Shown piece by piece: positions 32,202 through 40,023 of a DNA stretch of 64,000 nucleotides. The position numbers were made by a program, and so were the translations under genes. How positions within the stretch are numbered: the first letter of the stretch is position 1; each line of letters begins with the position of its first letter. This DNA comes from an uncultured Saprospirales bacterium (GTDB taxonomy: Bacteria; Bacteroidota; Bacteroidia; Chitinophagales; JADIYW01), in assembly GCA_938008535.1 (NCBI GenBank), contig CALLKF010000164.1, positions 10,202 to 74,201 of the forward strand, read 5' to 3'. Below the pieces are notes generated by a model. It did not search any database, was not told the origin of the DNA, and saw nothing but the letters and a program-made list of their open reading frames with translations.

Positions 32202-32582
32202 ATGCGAAAATCAATCAAACTTATACTTGCAACACTTTTGTTTGTTGCATGTAATTCTACAACTAAAAATTTAGGTAATAGTTTTGTACCAAAAAATCCA
32301 GTTTCAGTGCATACTGTAATTGAAAGATTAAAAACAGAAACTGCTTTTTCAGATGTGCAAATTGAAGGAAAAATTGTAAAAAGCTGCACCAGTGAAGGTT
32401 GTTGGTTTACCATAAAAGACGATTCTACAGGAAATGAAGTGCTATTTGATGTAAAAGATAAAAAATTTAGAGTACCTACAAATAGTCCTGAGAAACAAGT
32501 AGTTGTTTTGGCAGATGCACAAAATGACAGTACTTCTGAACAAAAATTTATATTATCTGTTAAAGGTCTGATGTTTAAATAA
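32202..32582 (+). CDS. Small lipoprotein (DUF4920-like)
   Basis: I prefer the start MRKSIKLILATLLFVACNS (Met27 of the track ORF 32124..32582). Lipobox, then CTSEGCWF. Confidence 0.5.
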   Translation: MRKSIKLILATLLFVACNSTTKNLGNSFVPKNPVSVHTVIERLKTETAFSDVQIEGKIVKSCTSEGCWFTIKDDSTGNEVLFDVKDKKFRVPTNSPEKQVVVLADAQNDSTSEQKFILSVKGLMFK

Positions 32583-32613
32583 GCGTTAATAGAGCAAAAA
32601 ATAAAATAAATTC

Positions 32614-32643
32614 TTGTCTATTCACTAAAATAAATTATCTTTG
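32614..32643 (+). promoter_or_regulatory. Bacteroidota sigma-A type promoter for tRNA-Lys (-33 TTG, -7 TATCTTTG)
   Basis: TTG at 32614-16, a 19-nt spacer, then TATCTTTG at 32636-43. The tRNA starts 24 nt downstream. Confidence 0.6.
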
Positions 32644-32667
32644 CACTCGCTTTTGTAAAAAAGCAAT

Positions 32668-32740
32668 GATTCCGTAGCTCAGCTGGTAGAGCAATACACT
32701 TTTAATGTATGGGTCCTGGGTTCGAATCCCAGCGGGATCA
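32668..32740 (+). tRNA. tRNA-Lys (anticodon UUU)
   Basis: Hand-folded cloverleaf. Acceptor GATTCCG/CGGGATC. D arm GCTC-AGCTGGTA-GAGC. Anticodon arm ATACA-CTTTTAA-TGTAT. T arm CTGGG-TTCGAAT-CCCAG. Discriminator A. 73 nt, no encoded CCA. Confidence 0.95.
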
Positions 32741-32754
32741 CAGGTGCCAAACCC

Positions 32755-32792
32755 AAACGCTTGCATATCAGAGGATTGCAGGCGTTTTTTAT
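32755..32792 (+). terminator. Intrinsic terminator after tRNA-Lys
   Basis: 11-bp stem AAACGCTTGCA / TGCAGGCGTTT (one G-U) followed by a T run. Confidence 0.75.
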
Positions 32793-32901
32793 TTTAGTTT
32801 AGTCTAAAATAAAAAAAACTGTTTAGGATTCTCTAAACAGTTTTTTATTTAATTATGTACCTCTATTTTAAGACAACATAATCTAAATTACAATTTCATT
32901 T

Positions 32902-33285
32902 TTAAAATGGTAAATCATCATCAATTTGCGTCGCTGGTACATCTTCTACTTTTGGTGCAGGTGCTGATTGTTGGTAGCTATTAGCAGATGAATCGTTGTT
33001 ATTGCTTGGAGTTGAATTATTGACATTGTTAATTCTCCATGCTTTTACATCAGTATACCATCTTTCGTTGTATTCTCTGCTTTCAATATCAAATTCAACA
33101 GAAATATCATTTCCAACTATAAAATTATTATTAGTTACAAGGTCGCCCCACATGCTCACGCATACTTTTTTGGGATATTTACCACTATTAATTTCAATCA
33201 CCACTTCTTGCTTCTTCCATGGTCCATTTTTACCTTCACCAGTTTGCAAAGGATTTACTTTAAAAATTTTTCCGCTTAATTCCAT
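32902..33285 (-). CDS. DUF3127 OB-fold protein with an SSB-like acidic C-terminal tip
   Basis: I prefer the start MELSGKIFKV (Met14 of the track ORF). The N-terminal ~85 aa look OB-like. A low-complexity N/S/Q/P linker follows, and the protein ends DDDLPF. Confidence 0.65.
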   Translation of the reverse strand: MELSGKIFKVNPLQTGEGKNGPWKKQEVVIEINSGKYPKKVCVSMWGDLVTNNNFIVGNDISVEFDIESREYNERWYTDVKAWRINNVNNSTPSNNNDSSANSYQQSAPAPKVEDVPATQIDDDLPF

Positions 33286-33437
33286 TATAATATTTTTTAC
33301 AAAGATAAACGTTGGTCCACACAAATAAAAATAGCTTTTATAAACTTATTCTAATTTACTTAATCGTATGTTAATATTTCTTTTGAATTTTGGTCTTCAA
33401 ATTGATGTTCTTTTCAAAAAATGAGTAATTTTAAAGA

Positions 33438-34085
33438 ATGGATACTTCAATATTAAAGTTTGTTTCAGCAAATGGATTGCAACTTTTCAGCGATCATAAA
33501 ATAATTTTAAGCTTGGTAATGGGTTTAGGTTTAAGTGCTTGTTGCGGATTTAGGGTTTTTGTGCCATTACTAGCAGCAAGTATTGCCACAAAAATGGGTG
33601 TTTTACATTTAGGTGATGGTTTTCAATGGATGAGTTCAACAACTGCATTAGTTTGCTTTGGCGCTGCCACAATTTTTGAAATTGCTGGTTATTATATTCC
33701 ATTTGTAGATAATATTTTAGATACTGTTACTACACCAGCATCTGTAATTGCTGGCACTTTACTAACTGCATCTGCTATTATTCCAGATTTAGATCCGATG
33801 TTAAAATGGGGTTTGGGTATCATTGTTGGTGGTGGTAGCGCAGGCATTATTCAAGCAGGAACTGCATTAACTCGTGCCACTTCAACTGCTACTACTGCTG
33901 GTGTTGCCAACCCAGTTGTGGCTACTATAGAACATATTTTGGCAATTACTGGTAGTATCTTTAGTATTGTTATTCCATTTATTATCGCTGGAATTGTGTG
34001 TATTCTAATTTTATTAGCATTGTTTTTTGTGATTCGATATTTCAAAAAACATATTCCAACAACTGAAGCATTGACTACATCATAA
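33438..34085 (+). CDS. DUF4126-like polytopic membrane protein
   Basis: 215 aa with Gly/Ala-rich TM helices. Confidence 0.5.
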   Translation: MDTSILKFVSANGLQLFSDHKIILSLVMGLGLSACCGFRVFVPLLAASIATKMGVLHLGDGFQWMSSTTALVCFGAATIFEIAGYYIPFVDNILDTVTTPASVIAGTLLTASAIIPDLDPMLKWGLGIIVGGGSAGIIQAGTALTRATSTATTAGVANPVVATIEHILAITGSIFSIVIPFIIAGIVCILILLALFFVIRYFKKHIPTTEALTTS

Positions 34086-34107
34086 ATAAAAGTATGGTAT
34101 ATAATCC

Positions 34108-34138
34108 AAAAGCGATAGAGTTTTCTATCGCTTTTTTG
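34108..34138 (+). terminator. Intrinsic terminator
   Basis: Stem AGCGATAGA / TCTATCGCT with a 4-nt loop, then a T6 run. Confidence 0.75.
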
Positions 34139-34175
34139 TTTTCAGAAACTTGTATCTTTGATTTTTATACATTGA

Positions 34176-35207
34176 ATGAACGCATCAACACAAAATACTG
34201 TCAACTTCATTTCTAAACTTACACTAAAAAGAGTTTGGAATATGGGATTGGTTTATCTTTCATTTTATCTTACAAAACTCCTAAAAAAACCGATTCAACT
34301 CGGAATGCCGTTTTCTATTTCGTTCGAGCCAACAACTTCGTGCAATTTGCGGTGTCCGGAATGTCCAAGTGGTTTGCGTTCGTTTACGCGCGAAACAGGT
34401 ATGCTGGAACAAGATTTCTTCCAAAAAACGATAGATGAAATTGCTGATAAATTAATTTACCTAACTTTTTATTTTCAAGGTGAACCCTATTTACATAAGA
34501 ATTTTTTGGATATGGTTTCTTATGCGAGAAAAAAGAAAATCTATACATCTACCTCTACAAACGCTCACTATTTGACAGATGCGATGTCGAAAAAAACAAT
34601 AGAATCTGGTTTAGATAGATTGATTATTTCAATTGACGGCACAACACAAGAAACGTATCAAAGTTATCGTGTTGGTGGACAATTATCAAAAGTAATTGAA
34701 GGTGCAAAAAACATTGTGAAATGGAAAAAAGAACTGAACGCAAAAACTCCATATATCATTTTTCAATTTTTAGTAGTAAAGCCAAATGAACATCAAATTG
34801 ATGACTTAAAATTATTGGCGAAAGAAATTGGCGTTGATGAAGTCATCTTAAAAACTGCTCAAGTGTATGATTATAAATATGGCAACGAATTAATTCCTGA
34901 AAACGAACAATATTCTCGTTATAAAAAAAACAATGATGGTACTTATTCTATTAAAAATAGTTTAGAAAATAATTGCTGGAAATTGTGGCATAGTTGTGTA
35001 ATTACTTGGGATGGCAAGGTGGTTCCGTGTTGTTTTGATAAAGATGCGCAATATCAATTAGGCGATTTGCAAACACATTCGTTTTCTACTATTTGGAACA
35101 ATGATTTGTATAAAGATTTCAGAGTAAAATTAGTAAAAGGTCGAAAAGAAATTGATATCTGCACCAATTGCAGCGAAGGTTGCGAAGTGAACTTAAGCGC
35201 TGATTAA
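34176..35207 (+). CDS. Radical SAM protein with a C-terminal SPASM-type Cys-rich domain
   Basis: CNLRCPEC is the CxxxCxxC radical SAM cluster motif. The C-terminal region CWKLWHSCVITWDGKVVPCCFD...CTNCSEGC is SPASM-like. Confidence 0.8.
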   Translation: MNASTQNTVNFISKLTLKRVWNMGLVYLSFYLTKLLKKPIQLGMPFSISFEPTTSCNLRCPECPSGLRSFTRETGMLEQDFFQKTIDEIADKLIYLTFYFQGEPYLHKNFLDMVSYARKKKIYTSTSTNAHYLTDAMSKKTIESGLDRLIISIDGTTQETYQSYRVGGQLSKVIEGAKNIVKWKKELNAKTPYIIFQFLVVKPNEHQIDDLKLLAKEIGVDEVILKTAQVYDYKYGNELIPENEQYSRYKKNNDGTYSIKNSLENNCWKLWHSCVITWDGKVVPCCFDKDAQYQLGDLQTHSFSTIWNNDLYKDFRVKLVKGRKEIDICTNCSEGCEVNLSAD

Positions 35208-35248
35208 TCAAGTTTTTACGCTGAATCAATTTCAGAACTTTTACTCAA

Positions 35249-36463
35249 CTAACTAACAATCATATTCCTTACTTCGCCGAAACCAATTTGTTTGTCGCCA
35301 TTTTTGCAAACTGCACTTAGTATAGCTGTGTCTCCATCTTGTAAAAAGGTTCGTTGTTCATCACCAATATTTATTGGTTCTTTGCCGTTCCAGGTTAATT
35401 CTAACAAACTACCAAAACTTGATTTTTCTTTACCTGAAATGGTGCCTGTTCCTAATAAATCACCTACTCGCAAATTACAGCCATTAACGGTGTGATGCGC
35501 TACTTGTTGTTCCATTGTCCAATATAAATATTTTGAATTGGTAACAGCTACAGTTGCTTTATTTTGTTTAGCAGTTTCAATTTCAAATGAAATTTCTATA
35601 TCAAAATTTAATCTTTTTTCTTCTTGCAAATATGGCAATACTTGTTGTGATTGTGTTGGTGCATCGGTAGTGAATTGTTTTAATGCTTCCATGGTTACAA
35701 TCCAAGGTGAAATAGCCGTGGCAAAGTTTTTACCTAAGAATGGACCTAATGGTTGATATTCCCAACGTTGTATATCACGTGCTGAAAAATCGTTTAATAA
35801 CACACAACCAAATACATGTTCAAGCGCATTTTTGATATCGATTGGTTCGCCTAAATTATTAGATTTTCCAATAATAAAGCCTAATTCTATTTCTATATCC
35901 AACGATTTTGATTCGCTGAAAATAACGTCTTCTCCTTTTAGAATTTGTCCGTTTGGTCTATTAATATTTTGCTTAGTGGTGATAATAGAAGAACTTCTTC
36001 CGTGGTATGCAATTGGCATGTGTTTCCAGTTGGGCAATAATGGATCCATGGTTGGACGAAACATTTTCCCAACATTAGATGCATGTTCTTCTGATGAATA
36101 AAAATCTGTGTAATCGCCAATATTTAAAGGTACATACATAATGGCTTCACTTTGTTGAAATAAGAATTGCGCATGATTTTTTGTAAAAAAATCGGATTCT
36201 TCATTAATCAATTCTTGAATTATTTTTCTAACATACATCCAAACATCTTTCCCAAGTGCAATAAAATCATTTAATGAAGATTGATTGAAAACATTGGAGT
36301 GAATTTTATTTTCAAAGAAACTTAATTCATACAATACTGATAAGTCTATAATTTGATTGCCAATAGCAATGCCTGCGCGTTTATGCTTTGTCGGTGTTGA
36401 AAAAATTCCATACGGTAAATTATGTATTGAAAAATGTGAGTCTGAGTCGATTTGAATATTCAT
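35249..36463 (-). CDS. fahA: Fumarylacetoacetase
   Basis: 404 aa. N-terminal FSIHNLPYGIF, then the FAH fold (DYTDFYSS, FGCVLLNDFSARDIQ.WEYQPLGPF). Confidence 0.9.
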   Translation of the reverse strand: MNIQIDSDSHFSIHNLPYGIFSTPTKHKRAGIAIGNQIIDLSVLYELSFFENKIHSNVFNQSSLNDFIALGKDVWMYVRKIIQELINEESDFFTKNHAQFLFQQSEAIMYVPLNIGDYTDFYSSEEHASNVGKMFRPTMDPLLPNWKHMPIAYHGRSSSIITTKQNINRPNGQILKGEDVIFSESKSLDIEIELGFIIGKSNNLGEPIDIKNALEHVFGCVLLNDFSARDIQRWEYQPLGPFLGKNFATAISPWIVTMEALKQFTTDAPTQSQQVLPYLQEEKRLNFDIEISFEIETAKQNKATVAVTNSKYLYWTMEQQVAHHTVNGCNLRVGDLLGTGTISGKEKSSFGSLLELTWNGKEPINIGDEQRTFLQDGDTAILSAVCKNGDKQIGFGEVRNMIVS

Positions 36464-36504
36464 ATTGTTTATTTTTTTGCAAAAAAGATTAAGTATGCAA
36501 GTTT

Positions 36505-36927
36505 TTACTTGCTTAAGTTTTCTTTAATTTTTTTAGTGATTCGTTCGATGTGGTGAATGTCTTTTTCAGTTAGACTGTTCCATCCTTTTTTCCTGAATTC
36601 GACAACAACTGGTAAAAGTTTCTGAATTAGTAGTTTTCCTTTTTTACTCAATGATATATTGAATTTCCGTCTGTCTTCTTTACATTCTTCACGAGTAATC
36701 AAATCTTTCTTTACTAGTAATTCGATGATGCGTGTTATAGTCGGTGCATCTTTAGCGCAATTTTCACATAAATCGACCTGATTTTGTGTGCTATGTTGAT
36801 GCAACTCCAACAACACAACCCATTGGTCAACAGTGATATCTACATCGTGTTCGTTAAACTTGCGTTGCAAAGCCAGCTTTATTTTTTTGGCTGTTGATTC
36901 TAAGGTAAATCCGTAATTAAAGTCCAT
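36505..36927 (-). CDS. MarR family transcriptional regulator
   Basis: Winged-helix region (VDLCENCAKDAPTITRIIELLVKKDLITRE). I prefer the start MDFNYGF, because the 12 upstream codons of the track ORF are heptamer-repeat sequence. Confidence 0.8.
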   Translation of the reverse strand: MDFNYGFTLESTAKKIKLALQRKFNEHDVDITVDQWVVLLELHQHSTQNQVDLCENCAKDAPTITRIIELLVKKDLITREECKEDRRKFNISLSKKGKLLIQKLLPVVVEFRKKGWNSLTEKDIHHIERITKKIKENLSK

Positions 36928-36995
36928 ATTAGTCGTAAGTTGTAAGTCCTGAGTTGTGAGCAAATCTTAAGACTTTCTGCTCACAACTTACGACT
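36928..36995. repeat. Heptamer-phased repeat forming an imperfect inverted repeat
   Basis: Left arm GTCGTAA GTTGTAA GTCCTGA GTTGTGA GC. Right arm GCTCACA ACTTACG ACTATAA. The 10-bp core stem is GTTGTGAGCA / TGCTCACAAC around a 15-nt loop. Confidence 0.65.
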
Positions 36996-38154
36996 ATAAA
37001 GTTCCTCTTTTTTCTTGTTCTCTTTCAATAGATTCAAATAATGCTTTGAAATTTCCTGCTCCAAAACCTTTCGCACCCATTCTTTGTATGATTTCAAAAA
37101 ACAAGGTTGGTCGGTCTTCCACAGGTTTGGTGAAAATCTGCAATAGATAACCATCTTCATCAGCATCTACTAGTATAGCCAGCTTTTCTAACACAGCAAT
37201 ATCTTCTTTCATAATGCTCATATGTTCGCCTAAGCGCGCTGGAATTTCTTCGTAATAGGCATGTGGTGGTGCGCTTAAAAACTCAACACCACGTGCACGC
37301 AATTGTGTTACCGTTGAAATAATATCATCGGTAGCGACTGCAATGTGTTGCACGCCTGAACCTTCATAAAAATCTAGATATTCCTCAATTTGTGATTTCT
37401 TTTTACCTTCTGCTGGCTCATTAATTGGAAATTTAATTCTACCATTTCCATTGCTCATTACTTTACTCATCAGTGCAGAATATTCGGTATGAATTTGTTT
37501 ATCATCAAACGATAAAAAGTTTACAAAACCCATTACATCTTCGTACCATTTTACCCAAATATTCATTTCATTCCAGCCAACATTGCCTACCATGTGGTCA
37601 ATAAATTTTAATCCAACAGACGTTGGATTATAATCAGATTTCCAAGGTTGATAGCCAGGTAAAAATGTACCAGTATAATTTTTGCGTTCTACAAAAATAT
37701 GCACGGTATCGCTATACGTATAAATTCCAGAACGCACTACTTCACCAAACTCATCTTTTTCTAAGGTTGGCTGCATGAACGGTTTAGCACCACGCTTGGT
37801 GGTTTCTTCAAATGATTTGGCAGCATCATCTACCCAAAGTGCTATGACTTTTACACCATCACCGTGTTTGGCTAAATGTGTATTTAATGGTGAATCTGAA
37901 GTTAATGGTGTGGTAAGTACTAGTCTAATTTTATCTTGTTTCAGCACATAAGATGCTTTGTCGCGAACACCAGTTTCCAAACCTGCGTATGCTAAGGATT
38001 GAAAGCCGAATGCTGTTTTATAAAAATGTGCAGCTTGCTTTGCATTTCCTACATAAAACTCGACATAATCGGTTCCTAATAACGGTAAAAAATCTTGTGC
38101 ACCATCGAAGATTTTTTCGAGTCCGTATTCTACATTTTTAATTTCTGTTGACAT
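36994..38154 (-). CDS. hpd: 4-hydroxyphenylpyruvate dioxygenase
   Basis: 386 aa with two VOC modules. C-terminal GFGAGNFKALFESIEREQ..RG is the HPPD signature. Confidence 0.92.
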   Translation of the reverse strand: MSTEIKNVEYGLEKIFDGAQDFLPLLGTDYVEFYVGNAKQAAHFYKTAFGFQSLAYAGLETGVRDKASYVLKQDKIRLVLTTPLTSDSPLNTHLAKHGDGVKVIALWVDDAAKSFEETTKRGAKPFMQPTLEKDEFGEVVRSGIYTYSDTVHIFVERKNYTGTFLPGYQPWKSDYNPTSVGLKFIDHMVGNVGWNEMNIWVKWYEDVMGFVNFLSFDDKQIHTEYSALMSKVMSNGNGRIKFPINEPAEGKKKSQIEEYLDFYEGSGVQHIAVATDDIISTVTQLRARGVEFLSAPPHAYYEEIPARLGEHMSIMKEDIAVLEKLAILVDADEDGYLLQIFTKPVEDRPTLFFEIIQRMGAKGFGAGNFKALFESIEREQEKRGTL

Positions 38155-38191
38155 ATATTTTAATTTGATAATTAGCTAATTTTGAAATGAT

Positions 38192-38737
38192 TTAAACATT
38201 TCCATAAATATTTTTTATTTTATCATTTTCTACTTCAATAATAAATTCATGTTCAACATCTGATTCAAATTGGTATGATACCTTATATGAATTGCTATCA
38301 ATTTCAATCTCTTGTGGAATATAAATACATGCAAGATTATACTTGTTTAATATCTTTTTAATTTTTAAAGGATTTGGAAATAATTCTTCAAAATCATTCT
38401 TAGATAATTTATTGCTATTATAATTAGCTCCTTCTATATAATAAGGGTATGCTTTTTTGTAGTCATTATACAAAGCAATCTTAATAGTATCATTTAATTT
38501 TGAAACTATATATAGTGTATTTTTCAGTTTTTCTTTTTGCTTTTCTGTTGGTTTTATTTGAATAGAATCTAAGTCATAAAAAACAGAAATTGAATCATTT
38601 TTGAAATAGATTTGTTCAACAAAAAAATTTCTTTTTTTAATATTTTTATTATTGCTATTTGAAGTAAATGAACAAGCAACTATTGATATAAGTATCAAAA
38701 CTAAGAAAGAATATTTTATTTTAATTTTCATTATCAA
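38192..38737 (-). CDS. Hypothetical lipoprotein inserted in the homogentisate cluster
   Basis: Signal plus lipobox (ISIVACSF). No recognised domain. Confidence 0.4.
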   Translation of the reverse strand: MIMKIKIKYSFLVLILISIVACSFTSNSNNKNIKKRNFFVEQIYFKNDSISVFYDLDSIQIKPTEKQKEKLKNTLYIVSKLNDTIKIALYNDYKKAYPYYIEGANYNSNKLSKNDFEELFPNPLKIKKILNKYNLACIYIPQEIEIDSNSYKVSYQFESDVEHEFIIEVENDKIKNIYGNV

Positions 38738-38762
38738 ATTCGCTAATTACCAAATTATCTCA

Positions 38763-39920
38763 TTACTCAACCCAGCTTTTATAATATTTTCCATCGTCAA
38801 TTTTCATCGCTTCTTCTGTTACCATTAATGGTCTAAAAGTATCTATCATTACGGCTAATTCCTGTGTTTCTTTTTGTCCGATGCTGCGTTCCATAGCACC
38901 AGGTGCCGGTCCGTGCGGAATACCTTTTGGATGCAGTGTTATATGGCCTTGTTCGATATTGTTTCTGCTCATAAAATCACCATCCACATAATACAATAAT
39001 TCATCACTATCTATATTACTATGGTTATAAGGCGCTGGTATTGCCTGCGGATGATAATCATACAACCTTGGTACAAATGAGCAAACCACTAATGCGTTGG
39101 TTTCAAATGTTTGATGTACTGGTGGTGGTTGATGCACACGACCTGTTATTGGCTCAAAATTATGAATGCTAAATCCAAACGGAAAATTATAGCCATCCCA
39201 ACCAACTACATCAAACGGATGCGTTGCATACACGAACTCGTGCAGCACGTTTTGTTTTTTTATTTTGATAATAAAATCGCCTTTCTCATCGTGTGTTTCT
39301 AATTGAGTTGGCAACTTTAAATCGCGTTCGCAAAATGGTGCATGTTCTAATAATTGACCAGATGAACTTTTATATCGTTTAGGTGTGTGAATAGGCGCAA
39401 AAGATTCCATAAATAATAATCGGTTATCTTCTGTGTTAAATTCTATTTGATAAATCATACCACGCGGAATGATGAGATAATCGCCGTACTCAAATGGAAT
39501 ATTTCCCATAAATGTGCGCAAAGTTCCAGTGCCTCTGTGAATGAAAATCATTTCATCTGCATCAGCATTTTTATAGAAATAAGTAGTTAAAGATTTGCGT
39601 GGTGCAGCCAACCCTATAGTACAATCGTTGTTTACAAAAAGTGTTTTTCTGCTGTCTAAAAAATCATTTTCTGTCAGAATATTAAATCCTTTTAACAGCA
39701 ATGATTTTATATTTTTCTCAACAGCAATCCTTGGCGTAACATCTTTAGAAGATAAGATTTCTTTTACCTGTGTTGGTCGATGTATATGATACAACAGCGA
39801 CGAATGGCTATGAAAACCTTCGGTGCCGAACAATTGTTCGTAGTGGTGTTTGCCATTTTCTGACTGAAAAACAACATGTCGTTTTTGAGGGAATTTTCCG
39901 ATTTTGTGATAGATTGGCAT
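38763..39920 (-). CDS. hmgA: Homogentisate 1,2-dioxygenase
   Basis: 385 aa. Cupin core with HRPTQ..., FESF and HPKGIPHGP motifs typical of HmgA. Confidence 0.9.
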   Translation of the reverse strand: MPIYHKIGKFPQKRHVVFQSENGKHHYEQLFGTEGFHSHSSLLYHIHRPTQVKEILSSKDVTPRIAVEKNIKSLLLKGFNILTENDFLDSRKTLFVNNDCTIGLAAPRKSLTTYFYKNADADEMIFIHRGTGTLRTFMGNIPFEYGDYLIIPRGMIYQIEFNTEDNRLLFMESFAPIHTPKRYKSSSGQLLEHAPFCERDLKLPTQLETHDEKGDFIIKIKKQNVLHEFVYATHPFDVVGWDGYNFPFGFSIHNFEPITGRVHQPPPVHQTFETNALVVCSFVPRLYDYHPQAIPAPYNHSNIDSDELLYYVDGDFMSRNNIEQGHITLHPKGIPHGPAPGAMERSIGQKETQELAVMIDTFRPLMVTEEAMKIDDGKYYKSWVE

Positions 39921-40023
39921 ATTTTTAATTTAATAATTGAAATAATATAGCAATGTAACAATGCTTAAAGGTTATAATATTTCTGCATCTCATTATTACA
40001 TTTTAAATTACTTCATTGTTACG

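Noticed and set aside
32045-32413. 122-aa minus-strand ORF, and the long form (32124) of the plus-strand ORF, spanning the MORN/DUF4920 junction
   Set aside because: The minus ORF overlaps two better-supported plus-strand genes and has no motif. The plus ORF is better started at Met 32202, which gives a lipoprotein signal peptide and avoids overlap.
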